Assembly (NCBI GenBank): GCA_036172245.1
Contig: JAYWIR010000035.1
Span: 1,488,001-1,552,000 of the forward strand
Length of the DNA: 64,000 nt
Origin: Raillietiella orientalis
Lineage: Eukaryota
Direction of reading: 5' to 3'
Shown: positions 44,801-57,799 of the stretch, piece by piece
How the letters are laid out: every line of letters begins with the position of its first letter
Numbering within the stretch: the stretch's first letter is position 1
Position numbers and translations under genes: made by a program
The notes under the pieces: generated by a model
Told to the model about the DNA's origin: nothing
Database searches by the model: none
The model's input: only the letters and a program-made list of their open reading frames with translations

Positions 44801-47800
44801 CCTGAATAAAATTGAAATTATCCTAGAAGATATAAACATCATTTAAAGAAAGAAGAGAAACCAGCTGCCACTTTGCTGATAGGTGCTGAATTCTAAGAAA
44901 CTACTGAATGACGCATAGAAATACTGAATTTGGAAAATGAATTCAACAACGTAGGAACTCAAGCAGAAGCAGATAAAAACAAGAATGCTGAATATCTTTC
45001 TCGGTTTCTTTCAGCCAGTTTTTCATGCTCCTACTTCTTCCAGGTGGTTGCGATACAAAAGTGTTCAGAAGAGAGTGCTTAATCAAAAAAGAAAGTGAAG
45101 AATTTCCTATGTTCAAATCAAATACTTCTTGAAACAGGAATTGTCCAGTTATGAACGATCAATCCGTCCACAGGGCTTATGGATGTAACAGAAGGGTGAC
45201 CGAACACAAAATAGCAGTATAATCGTATGGAAGAAATATAGATTGTGACCACAGCATTGACTGAAATTCAGTTTTTTAAGCATGCAAAGAAAAAATGGTG
45301 AAAATTAGAAAGTAAATCAGTGAAAGAATTGAGTATAATCGAATGCAGCAATCTAGAGCTAAAGCAACTCAGGAGAGAGTAAAGAAAGCATAGGTAAGGA
45401 TCGAAACTTAAGGTGGGCAATAGAAGGCCACGGAGTGGGAAACCATGATGCTTGTCATAAAATGTGGACCCTGACACTGACTTCATGGAGGCAGGCAGCT
45501 TCCAAGCCTTCATGACAAGGAAGATCTTGAAACCCTTTTCCCTGTTTAAATGTCAATAAAAATGTAAGTACAGTCCCTTTGAAATCAGCTCACTGTCATG
45601 CAGTAGATACAGAAGGTAGTACACACTCAATCGTACACCAAGATTTGTCGAGTTTGTTAGCTTCTACCCTCGCAAATCGCAAGCTTTGCAGTTGCGCACA
45701 AAGAAAGGCCTCTTTTTCTTGCTCGTTTTCTTACGTGGCACACACGGAGACAGCTTTCCGTAATAAGTTGTTTGCTGAAGAAACATCACTTCGTGAATCA
45801 TTTAATGACCTTCACCATGTGAAAGCACTGGAGAATATGTCTGTGTGGTGTGATCCAGGACTCTAAGACCAAGAGCCTATCTCTGAGGATGAATGGGATC
45901 ATGTGAGTGGGTACGCTAGAATGTGGTACCTTCATGTTAATTGCAACCGCATATTGCATTTCCAAAGGACAGAGTATACGCTGATCTCATGTCATAACGA
46001 GCCTTCTTAATAAGGAGTTTTCCGGGTGGTTGTTGGCTTTTTCCTTTATAAATGGATTATTCCAAGTGGACTTGACTATCACAATGTAATGGTTTCACAT
46101 TACTAGATTTTTTTCTGTAGAGCTCAAGGATGCATTTCACTTGATACTGTGCATCTTTAGGGTCCTTGCAACAAAACTCAGCAAGCAATTATTAAATTAT
46201 TTCTGTTTAACCTTTGATCAAGTGTGCCTAAGAAGAATTATTATGCATACTTTCATGCTTTCTCCGTCTCTAAAAGAATACTCGCCCCTTTAGCCCATTT
46301 CATGACTCACACTTATCTCTGCGCAAATAAGCGTTCCAAGAGACGGCATAATCAGATTCAGTGGTCCACAAGCGTATTAAAAGCTTCACGCATTCTACGC
46401 GCACGAGGATGAGACGTATGAAGTGATTGGAATCAAGGGAATAAAGATCTCAGAAAATTTTCATTGAAGATGGGTAAAAAAGGATCTCTCGAATTTTTTT
46501 TTAAAAGTTAGAAAAGAGCAGAGCTCCTGGTGGTTGCTGCTTCGCAGATCATTTTAAAGGATTATCAGCGAGGAGTAAACGAATTGTTGGTTCTTGGTAA
46601 ACGTCTCTACACTCATCTTAATGCAATGAGATCTGCAGATTAAGGTGCATTTGCGGCCGAGATGTAGATGCATTCTCAAGAAGCACATGCAGCTTCCAGT
46701 CGGTATCGAAGTCATGCATTGAGACATACTGAGAAAAACGTGTGCTTTTTCCCCGTTCCTGAGGACATTTTTCCCCTTTACATTGACAGTGCCGATGAAA
46801 GGCATCTGTGATGGAAGCCCCAAACCGAAGCACGTCGCCGTGCAATCATTAGACAGATTTTTGTACTTGAGTATGAGGGAGTTGCATCATAAAGAAAACG
46901 GCAGAGACACTGCTTTATCTGAATCGTTGCGGTCATGAGACTCGAAATAAATATCCCTTTTGTTTTCATCCATTGCTTAGAATTCCAGTCCATCAAGCAG
47001 TTGCGTTGCTCCTACATCGGAACTCACGTCTTTCATCTGCGTCACAGAAGCTCTGCACTGATACGAGCTTCGTGAAAGATGACTGGAATTTGTTTCTTTC
47101 GTGAAGCGTGGAGCCTTTTTTCTTCATTCAGATGCTGCCTGCTCCAACACTTCTCCTTTAACATGATCTCACCAACAGCTTGATTTCGAGTTGTTTGTTT
47201 TTGAGTTGACCTTCCATAGCGATTGGATGAGCATGATGCTGAGGCTTAAACAAATCGAATGGATAGGCAGGTTGACTGCTCTCACGCAGTCCTGAAGGTG
47301 GAAGGAAAAAAGTTAGACTCCGAAGAAGTGGTGGTTGAGACTCAGCCGGAGAGTTTGAACGCCTGTGCTTGGTGGTTTTTGACCTCAAACTTCACGGTGA
47401 ACTTTTATTGTGTGTGCTGCATATTAAGGCAGATTATACGAAACTGCAAGGAAGTGGCAGCATTCTGCTGATGAGCATATGGAGCGTTCAAGACGCATTG
47501 CTTGCAAGCTCAACAAATCACTTGTTTGATTCCACGAGTTCCTGACTCAGACTCACTGTTCCTTTTTTCCAAGTGGCTGGGAAAAACCCGAATTACGAAA
47601 CCTGAAGCCGGTCATCTGGGATGCACTTCCGAGAACAGTGCAGACGGATCGAAGAGATCTGAAACACGATTTGATCAGAGAGTCTCCACTCGCCACATCT
47701 TCATATGATTGTAAAATGTGAGCACTCTCGCTCGTACTTTTGCAATCCTTAATTGGCTGTCCACTGGATCAAACATTACTGTCATCTGTTCACTTCATCA

Positions 47801-50150
47801 AGTGACCTTCAAAGGAAACAGATACTGTAATTCTGATCACACGCACGAAAAAGGCAATCTCCGATTTTTCATTTGCTTAAGCAAGACTCCAGGCCTTAAT
47901 TCATGCAAGGCAAATGAAATGCGACTGTCGTATGCATGTGTGCTGCTGCTTCAACGGCGAACACCCATCATCATCCATATAAGCATCGCATTCGAAAGTG
48001 GTGAGACAGCAGCATTGCAGGCTGCTGGAGAAACCACAATGTGAAAAAAATATCTAGCCTGATCTCTTTTGTAACCGCAAGAGCATCAAGTGCATCCGGG
48101 TGACCTGGCAGTCAAAGCTCTGGGAGCACGAAAATCCTATAGTGACCGAACGCCTCTCCGTTTAAGGATATCACTGTCTCACGTTCCGAGGTGATGGATA
48201 CTCCAGATTACAACATCAGTGAGGTACTTCATCGTCACGGATTCATTTGATACATACCAGAGACACATTACTAATACCTTTCCCCAGGGATTCATACCAT
48301 ACTAATACTTTTCCCCTTCTGGAAGATACAAATGTGTCTGATCTTTCTTTACCCCTTGTAACGGTAATGCAATGAACAGCTCTGTCGACAGCTTCAAGAC
48401 GGCCTGATTCTAGTTTCAGATGAACCAACTTCAAGCTCCCAAATACGACACCTGAGCTTGCCAACTGACCCCTAAGGAGCGGAGAAGCATATTAACCAAT
48501 AATGGGGTAAGATCTTTGCTTCTGAAACTGGCCCCAAATCAAAGATTTATCTAAGGAAGGCAAAACATGCTTAAATAAGTTTTTACGAGTTTCTTACCCA
48601 TCCGTTTAAACAAGGAATTTTGACTCGAACAAAAGATGTCTGCAGCGTAATTTTTAAACCAAAGGACTGGACGGCAGATCTTTTCCGTAGGCTTCAGCTG
48701 GACCTCGGTTGGCTGGTTTTTTTTTGAGAGCTTCTGGTTGCGCAATCTTTCTCTCCACGAATTGGTTACTTCCATGCATGGAATGTGGAGCCTCACAGGA
48801 ACACAAATTATTTCGCATTTGGAAATGCAATCTTTGGGGAGGCAAGGTCATCAGTTCAATTCGTAGCATTCGTCTTGAGAACCCTGATGGATCAACTGAA
48901 TTCATCGTATGCATCCTTCGACTCCATTCCACTGCTTACTTCGCAGCTGTGGGTGTATTCAAAAGAGTTTCGTGAACCAGGGTCATCACGGAATCCACAC
49001 GATCTTGAGCTACCCGCAAAACTGGGATTCATTCGAAAGTCCAGCTCCCAATTCTGGCCACTCCTAATACCCATTGAAAAAGGACCCGTCCGTATTTACT
49101 TCCATTTTTCCACTCAGAAATCGAGGATCTTCCAAGGAAGCGAGGAGAAAGAAGCGAGTCAGAAGATGAAAAGATGTGGGGAATGGAAAAGGAGAATTCA
49201 CTTTTCATTTCAAATCAAAGAGAAAAGGACATTCAAGTCAGACGCTCCTCCCACAGACTGCTGTTGAAGTTGGACTTTGAATCTTTTTCGTCAGGAAGAC
49301 AATCCAAGTGAAAGGTTTCCGCTAATTTGTATACAAATTCAGGAACATGCTGGACTGAGTTCCTGCAGAAAATAGGGAATGTCCCAAGAAGGAATGAATC
49401 GGGAGAGACAGTGAGTGTACTTCATCTGTCCTGAACAGCAGCACAGTTGCGAGTATGGTCAATAGGAGACGAGTTCGTTATGCCGAGAGCATTTTCTGGA
49501 GCTATAGGTGTTCGAATCAAGTTAGAGATGGCTTTCCCAAGGCTGACTGTAAGTCCCGTCGAATCTTCTGTTTGAGATTCCGGTACTGCTTAGGACCAGA
49601 ATGCTCCCAACGGAAGATTCTTTCCGGAACAAGACTGAAGTTCTCCTTGATTCCGTTTCCTTATCTCTTGATTGAAGCGTCCGAACGGAAAAGGAGATGC
49701 TTTTTCTGCCTGGTTTCACCAGAGCCAAGGTCGCCGTCATTGCTTTCGACATTATTATTCTATTTCGCGTGTTCTTCAGATTGCCAAATTGGTTGCCGTT
49801 GTTACGAGAACACTTCATACTTACGTTATGTATTGAAATTTTTCGCTGGATGAGAACGTCTTGGATAAACAGCTTTGAAGTAAGAACCAGAAGTGTATTA
49901 ACAGTTCATGCCTGGTTCAAGCCGGGAGCTACAGGATGCACGCTCACCTTACATCTTTAGAATTGTTCAGCAGACACATTCCTAAGCTTGGACCAACCGG
50001 TACCCAAGCAGCAAAACTAATTATGAGTGTTTCTGATAAGTGTATTGGTACTACAGAACATGCAGTCGCGAATTTGAATACTTTTTCAATATTACTCTAT
50101 TGCATTCGCCCCGCTATTCAATGGACTGATTCAGTTATTAAAACCTGATT
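41900..50150. mobile_element. Nest of old non-LTR retrotransposon fragments, mostly minus strand
   Basis: Decayed motifs: knuckle-like 'HAPWHQQDDCP' (+, ~42720-42760), APE 'PGFSDH' (-, ~44640-44665), RT-like 'QISLH*DE' (-, ~46620) and a second RT set 'KDAYD' (~48900), 'LTPLLVN' (~48500), 'YESLG' (~48290). Individual boundaries are unresolved. Confidence 0.45.
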
Positions 50151-50528
50151 CTTCCCTCTTCTTCCTTTTTCATTTCTAGCATTTCCTGTTTTTACTATGC
50201 TTAAGTTCCATTTTAGGTTTGGGAAGAATTTTTTTTTATGCGGTTCCTCCTGGCTTTACTTTTTCTCCTCCCCCCCATCTGATTAAAGCCTCAAAGACTT
50301 CCAAGAACTCTTTTAGCTACCGTAATAAAAACGATTTCGATATGCTTTCTGCGTAATTAAAAGTTTATGGTCTTGGAATTTTCGTGTGATCCTGAGAAAT
50401 TCATTCACATTCCTGACAAAAGAGTCCTCTTCCTTCATCACGGTTAGCAGTCGAACCAGCTGATTGTGGGGTTGCAGCTCTCAGTTCTCAAAGAGGAGAA
50501 AAAACAGATTCTTGCTGGAGACTCACTC

Positions 50529-50567
50529 GTTGCATTCTCTCGGAGAACGCAGACGAGAGAATGCAAC
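50529..50567. repeat. Perfect inverted repeat, 14-bp stem with 11-nt loop
   Basis: gttgcattctctcg-N11-cgagagaatgcaac. Confidence 0.95.
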
Positions 50568-53500
50568 TCCCTCATCCACTCTTTCCTCATGCGCCCAAAC
50601 GGTCGCACGCGATTCGGGTTGCTGGTAGACTGGGTTTCTTTCTAGACGGCAGGAATAATTAAATCGCTTTCCCCCTCCCCCCCTCGGCTCCCAAATGCCA
50701 GTTTGGCGAGAAGGACTCTTGCTTGGTTACCGGATCTCTTCCTCTTGTGCAGGGAAAACGCTGCTCCGCACATGCAACAGGAGCCGAGGTGCGCTGGTAC
50801 TCTCCTCTGTTCCTTTCTGGAGTTCCCTCCGCACCAAGAGCCGCGTCGAACGTGAGCGGAAGTCTCTCACGCTTCCCGCAAACGGCTAGCATGACAAAAT
50901 AGTTTTTCCGGTTAAAAATGACTAAGCTCAAGAGTTTAACATGGTTGATGATGGCAGAGGCTGAAGCTATGCTTATGAAAACGGTTTCGAATCTTTAGCC
51001 GTGATGCTATTATGCAGTGCGTGAGCTTTTCTAACTTTCATCACGGTTAGCTGGTGCACATTTCCAGGGAACGGACCGCTCCTTGACCACCACAACTGAA
51101 GATGAAGGAGGGAGAAAGCGAAGCCGTCGGTAAGAACACGCACGCGCCGGTCGCGGTTAGCGGACTCCGTACAGCATTTTGTGGCGTGAGGCGGTCACAC
51201 GTTTCGCCTTCTGCCACCCAGTCAGATGACTGCCGTTACCACTCTTGGAGTCTGCGTGCTGCGGTCGCGCGCAAAGTGAAACATACATGACCTCGTCAAT
51301 TTGCCTTTCTGTTAGCGAACGCCAGGGGGCGCTTTTGATTCCTTCCCGAGACGCTCAATTAAAACCGAGCGGTACTAATCGATCGTAGGACCTCTAAAGC
51401 AGCCTACTTCACGTGGTCGAAAGCAGGACGCAGCTTGCTAGGATCCTGAACAGGATCTAGAGGACCGATCCGCGCGCAGTGTGATCCCTTCCCCTAGACA
51501 TTTCTCCCCTCCCCACGTTTCACTTTTTGTTTCTTTTTGTTTACTTTATTCCTATCCCCGCGCGTTGGATGGACCTCGCCGCTCTTTGCACCGGCAACCA
51601 GCAAGCTGTTGTGATGTGGTGAGCCCTTGGGTTCACCACGGGGAAATGTAATTGTATTTTTATTTTCATAAATAATGCCCCGGCATATCCGGGTGATAAT
51701 CATGTGGCCGATCGAAGTCTCGTGAAGTTTCGTCTCGGACGCAGGGGACCCGCCTCGTGCCAGAGTCCGCTCCTCTTCTCACGTGCGAGTCGCCAAGAGG
51801 GGGTTTCGTCCAGCATCTCAAAGAGCTACCGATTGCGTTTGGAGACGAGCCTCGGGATCACGAACGGGAAGAAGCAGTCCTGCATTCAAATCAGGTACCT
51901 GGGTGAGCTTCCAGCCCGGAGCGATTCGGAGACAAGCATTTCCCTGAATACGGAGCACTTTCCTCACCGCAAGAACGGTGCGTCTTGGATAGGCGGACTG
52001 GCGACCATCGTTCCCCCGCCATTCCGTTCCCCCGGACACGCTCTGCGCCGACGAAGGTGCTTCGGGCGTTGCTTGGATACGGCGCGAGCCCGAGGAGGGA
52101 TTCCTCTTCCTGTGTGCTTTCGCACGGGAGGGGGCAGGTCTGTTGACGGGAGTCATCCCGGCAAAACCGGCGACCTCCCCTCCCCCCAAGGCAGAAGGGA
52201 ACGCAGGATCGAGAGGCGTCGGTCCAGATGTTCGGAAGCGAGCGCGGGACCGAAGAGCGCATCTCGCTTTCGTCTCTCCCGGCTCGATTCGGAGTCCGAA
52301 GAGCGACGATGCGAGGTCCGAAGGTTTCCCTACCTCTCCGGATTCCGCGTCGGCAAACCGCCGGAACGACCGAAGTCCCCTAACGAGGGGGGGGGGGGGG
52401 AACGGACGCAGTCACCGTTCACGTCGACGATCCTCCTTACGCATCCTCCGCCCCCTCGGCGGAGAGGGAGGCGCCCGTTAGGAAAGACGTGGTGGTGGAC
52501 AGGGGGGACTCCCTCCCTGTCGGTGTCCGTCGATCATGGAAGTCCCTGCTCGAGAAAAGGTGCCCGGATCGCGACGCATCCGTCCCCGCGAAGTGGGCGG
52601 TGGCCTGCGAGAGGCTCCGGGGAGAACCTCAGACCGCCCCTCCCCCCCTCCAGAGTTCTGCAAAGACGGAGGCTCTCCGCTCTTCCCCGGCAACTTCTGG
52701 AGCGAATGCTCGTGGAGCTCGGTATGACCACGGCAGTCGGAGTCAGGTGGATCTAGACCCAACGACGAGAGAAGGAGCCTCCGGGTGAAAACCCCAACCA
52801 AACCTCCCAGTGCGAGGGTGCGGAGCAGCACCGAGTTGGCGGCGACCCCCAACTGCTTTCGGTCCGCTCCCTGTCCTGTGACCGGGAGGTGAAGGGAACT
52901 GGTGAGGGGACCGTTTTGTCCCGCTTCGCCGGCGCCACCTGTTCCTTTTCTCCCCTTGGCCCGAGAAGGTTGAGATCCTCCGATCCTCCGCGACCAGCGG
53001 CGTACTCCTGGAGTACTAGGAAATCGAAAGCTCTCGAATCTCGAGCATCTCCCTCCTTTCCGTTCCACTATCCGGAGGACGAACGCCATGTTTTTTTTTT
53101 TTTCTTCCTTCCTTCCTTTTTTTGGCTGCAGCGGGTCGAAGGCTCCATCCGCGGCAAGGGGAAAGAGTCGTTGCTGCTGCCATCCGCGACTGCCCGAACA
53201 ATAAAGATCCGCTCCCGCGCCGATCGCTTAAGCCAGCAAAGGCCCGGACGCGCGTCCCCGCCCGCCCCCGTCTCGGTACGCCATTCCCTAACCACAAAAA
53301 GCTAATTGGGTTCTGTTCATTCGAGGGGAATTTTCGGTTGTCTTTCCGCGGCCGCGGCCTCGCGCTCGGCCGGAAAAGACTGCTGGCTTTTACGGCTGGG
53401 CAGAGCGAGGAAGAGTGACTGAGGACGGTCCCGTCTTTGGCAGCGGAGGCTGCCGTTCGAGGAGAAGGTTGGGGAAGGGTGGGAGGGGGGAGGGGAAGGG

Positions 53501-55239
53501 GAGAAGGGTGTGTGTGCGTGCGGATCTTCTTTAGCCGGACACGGAATCGCATCGCGCGAAGTCTGCCCTTCGGCTGAGACATGGCATAAAACGACGCAAG
53601 ATGCAAGTGATGCTTCGGGAAAGGATGGCGGTGCAGAATGAATTAATGATCACCGATCTCCGCTCCCGCTGCCCAAACACGCGGAGATGCGACTGGGATT
53701 TCACGTGCGATCGATTCAACCTTTGCGGCGGATGTCCGCCGACAAAAGCGGCAGGTTATATTGCGTGCAGATTAATGTCCGTCCACTTTTCATTTCGCCC
53801 TCGGAGATTTACGATGGAGCCTGTCTTTACAGCGTCTTCAAATAATCAAGCCATAAACAATGTGTGTGTTTTTGGAAAACGCTAATGGGTATCAGAAGGC
53901 AGGGTACACCTGAGAGACGCGGATCAAAAATCACTTCCCATGAGGCAGCCGGGAGTTTTTCTTTCTTTCTTTCTTTTTTTATCATCTCTCTCTCTCTGTT
54001 CCCGGTGCCTGCTCCCTCCTTTGCAGGCTCTTCCTTTTCGTGCCTGCCTCGGGAACAGGGATGCGAAGGGGGAAGGGGTTTGCTGCCTCAGACGACTCGA
54101 CGGGGCACTCATCCTGAAAGCGCCGCGAGGATGTGGACGAATAGAAACAACAGAAGCAGCAGCAAAGCATTCGGGGGACGTCGTCACAGGATGGGGAGGA
54201 GGAAGCACGGATCGTTCAGCACCTCGGAATTTCCCGGGAAAATTTCCGCCTCGCCCAGCATCCGAAGCCGCGCGTTGCTCGCTTCCGCCGCCGTGAGCGA
54301 AGACGCCAGATGGCGGCGCTCAGCCACGAGGGAGGGAGCCACAAATGGGGGGAGGAGGGGGGAGAAGGACTCCGCGGCGCGTGCTGCCCTCCCGCGAGAG
54401 CTCCGAGGAAAATTTTCAGACTCCCATCAACGCGCTCCGTTCACAGTAGCGGTGAAGATGCTTGAAGAGGAGCAGCAGCGAGCGTATTGCCATGACCCTG
54501 CTTCCCCTCCCTCCCTCTCTCTTCCTCTCCCCTTCCTTCCTCTCTGGAGTTCGCCAGCGAAACAGCCACGGATGCTCGCTGGACCGGTCCGAAAAATGGG
54601 AGCCACAATCGTGATTCGATGATCAACACTTCCCGGGGCAAAGTCAAAGGTGCTCTCCCGATCCTGCGGCGGGAAGCTTTTCGAATTCAGATCGGCTGCC
54701 GCAGCGTCGGGAACGAAGAGGAGGTTTCCAGGATCCCGCGTTGTCACGGGAAAGGCGGCTGTTCGGAAGCGTTCGGGACGAGCACCGCACTGCCCGTAGT
54801 AAACAGAGCATAAATCGGGGGCAGGGTCCCCTTTTGGGCTCGAGGGAAAATCCACGGAGCCCCTCTTACGCTCCGTTCCTTCCATCAAGGAACCGCGGCC
54901 CTCCATTTGCTCTCAGGGCCCAAGAGCTGGATAGATGCAGCTGGACTGGCAAGCTGGATGCTCCCTGACCCTAACCGTGAAATCACGAAAACGCGCGCGT
55001 GACCCCGAGGCCACTTTCATCCAAAACAAGGGAAGTGAAATTGGGAAAGATCACGTTTGGCGAAGCGCGCCAGCTGGAGGTGCGCGCTTCCCCATTTCTA
55101 ATCCCCATCTGAGAAACAACCGCGAGAATAGGAAGCGGAACAGCTCGGCAGACATGAGAGTGCATGAAACAAACACAAACACATAAAGGTCAGGTCGTTC
55201 CTTCTGCTTCCGAAAGCCCGAACACTGATGAACCGCTTT

Positions 55240-55690
55240 GACACATGGTTCCGCCGGGGCGTTTATTTATATACAAAACATAAACACACAAGTCAGTAGC
55301 AGGACTCTTGGTCCTGCCACGTTACAAATGTAACCATGGGAACCAGCCGAGAACCGGCACACAGGCCGACGAGTTTCGCCTCGGCAGCAGAGGGGAAGGG
55401 GAGACAAACAAAAAAATAAAAATAAAAAAAATACATACAAGAAAATGGGGAGGATTCGGGAAGGGAACACTGGGTGCTGGAGGGCGTCCTCTGCATCCTT
55501 GTGAGGATGCTGTCCAGTCCCTGTTTCAAGGTTTCCAGATGGAGCCATCTCGAACGCCGTCCTCATGAAGAGGACGTCAAAGTAGATGGGGTCTCTGTCG
55601 TCCTGGTCTTCTCTGGCGTTGTTGCTCCGTGTAGCCAAGCCACGGTCCTGCCTTAGGCAGCGCAGTGCTGCTGGGGATGCGGCCAGCAAC
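55240..55690 (-). mobile_element. LINE 3' end/3' UTR copy, inverted partner of 57310-57750
   Basis: The reverse complement aligns by eye with 57310-57750 (ccatctgg..cttgaaacagg, caaggatgcagagg, cttcccgaatcc, tttgtttgtct, gctgccgaggcgaa, ataaataaa). Confidence 0.85.
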
Positions 55691-56899
55691 ACTTTGCTGC
55701 CTACACGGGATGAAACTCCGTTCCGCCGAAGAACTCAGTTTGAGAATCGTCAGGTCGAAGGGAACCCGGGGAAAGCGGGAACGGGAAGCGGGAATTCTCC
55801 CTCAGAGCCTAGAGGACAACCCGCTCTGGACGGAACACCTGCTGGACGGGTGGTGAGCGGGCAGCAGGCGGACCAGTCGTTGCGTCCACGGAGGTCCCTC
55901 TGATGAGGTGCTTCAACGCGTTCTCCACCACCGGTGCCATCTCCGCCGCCGGTCTTGTCTTTTGGAGGTTTCCTCCTCCGGTTGCGAAGCCGCCTGGGTG
56001 AGCTCCGCCTGCTTCCCGTTTCTTTTCCTCCCTCAGAATCTCCTTGGCAACCTTCCCTGGCTGGTGAGATCATATCCGAGATCCTAGTGGACAGGAAGGT
56101 TCCGGAAAGGTCTGGAAGGGTACCCGCCCTCTGAGGAAAGCGAGTCCAGGAAGGGAGCTTCGGTTTCCTGGCTTCCCAGAGCTGCCTCGTGCCGGGAATC
56201 GCCCCTAGGCTTCCACGTGCGGAGTGGCCGCCACACAGGGTTCCAGCGGCAGCGCCCTGGTTCCGAGGAAAGCGCGGCGCGATCGGAACCGTCTTCCTGA
56301 CTTCGGCCGTCGGTGGCTTCTTCCCCCCGCCTTCTTCCGCCGCTCCCGGGGATGCTGAAGCAGTGAGACAAGCAGGGTTCTCTCCAGGGAGGAAGAAGTC
56401 TGGAATCGCAGTGGGCAGGAAGGCGAAGCTTCAGGTGACCCCGGAGGCGAGTCCGCGGGCAAGCCCGAACACGAGAACCTTCCGGGGCAGTAGGAAAGGT
56501 CGAGGAGCTGTAGAGTAGAGGGCGGCCACGAGGAAGGCGTGCTTTGTTCAGTCGTTTCTGAAGTCTTCCGGTGGCAGGATGGGGAAGGGGGGAATGGAAC
56601 CGGAAGGCGAACTGCTTCCTGTGCAAGGGAATCCACAGACCACGATCGGGGAAGAGGGGAATCGGACGGCGCCGGAGGTGGTCTCTGGCCAACACGCGAA
56701 TACTCAAGAACCGTTCCCCTGGGGGTTCGCGAAACTCTTCGACGCGCTAGCCACGCCACTCGAGGGGGAGCGTTATCTCTTCAAGTAGGGGGTAACCCTG
56801 TGAGAGGACCACCCTGTGAAGCCAGGATGGCTAAGGAGAAAGGGAGTTTGTTCCTCCCACGCATTGGGAGGGAATCCCTCCATACCCTAGTCGTCTCTG

Positions 56900-57750
56900 A
56901 AGGGAACCTCTTCCTTGTTGTCTCCGGAGGGACTCCCCGGAGGGACCATTCCCCGTCTCTTCTCCCAAGGAAACCCCGAAGAGCCCCTGGATTTCTGGAA
57001 GGTCAACCGGAGGGTCAACTTCCAATCCCCGTTTAGTCAACGAGGGAATCCGGCTTCCACCAGTGCCATCTTAAACTGTCAGGAGTCGGCGTTGATGCTG
57101 CTGCACTGGGGTCTCCCATACAATGCCCGACAACATCTGTGGACACGGGGTGGTGTGGGTCCAAACTGTGCAAAGTACGGCGAGAGGAAATCCTTTCGGC
57201 ATTTCCTAGTGGAATATGTTGCCCTTCGGCCCGTTCGGGACACTTTGCTGCGACCCTTGGAACCCCCGGCGGCAACGCCAGAGACGATTCCTGCGCGACG
57301 CCCTCACACCGGCCGGATCCCCAGCAGCACTTTGCTGCCTACGCGGGATCGTGGCCGCATGGAGCTACTCCATAGGAGTCCAGGACAACAGGGACGCCAT
57401 TTATTCTACTGTCCTTTTCATGAAGACAGCGTCAAGATGGCCCATCTGGGAGTCTTGAAACAGGAACTTGCGGGCATTCTTACAAGGATGCACCGCAAGT
57501 TACAAGGATGCAGAGGACACCATCCAGTACACAGTGATCACTTCCCGAATCCCCCATTTTTTTGACTGTATGTTTTTGTTTGATTTTATTTTTCTTTTTG
57601 TTTGTCTTCCCTTCCTCTGTGCTGCCGAGGCGAACCCCGCTGGCCTGCGTACCAGCTCCCGGCAGGTTCCCCCTCGTAGTAATAAGTAACGGGACAGGAT
57701 ATAAATAAAACAGGGCATTGGTTGACACCCGGCGTGACCGGGTGTCAACT
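56900..57750 (+). mobile_element. L1/Tx1-like ORF2 C-terminus plus 3' UTR
   Basis: ORF 56915-57565 has 'LLHWGLPYNAR..PNCAKYGERKSFRHFLVEY', a decayed CCHC finger. It is followed by a T-rich UTR, AATAAA at 57704-57709 and a terminal stem-loop. Confidence 0.75.
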
Positions 57751-57799
57751 AGTGCCTCGCTCGAATAAACCAGCCAACGTCGTCCTGCGGCGAAGAGGG

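Noticed and set aside
51704..52756. 350-aa Arg/Pro/Gly-rich ORF
   Set aside because: GTG start in a eukaryote, GC-driven stop scarcity, passes through a G homopolymer and shows no domain. It is probably decayed TE sequence.
53864..54622. 252-aa ORF and other overlapping 100-240-aa ORFs in 53-61 kb
   Set aside because: Multiple frames on both strands are open because of high GC. Translations are low complexity with no coherent protein signal.
57480..57512. Repeated ttacaaggatgca with a short spacer, superficially CRISPR-like
   Set aside because: Only two units, consistent with a local tandem duplication in a TE. The context is eukaryotic and there are no cas genes.
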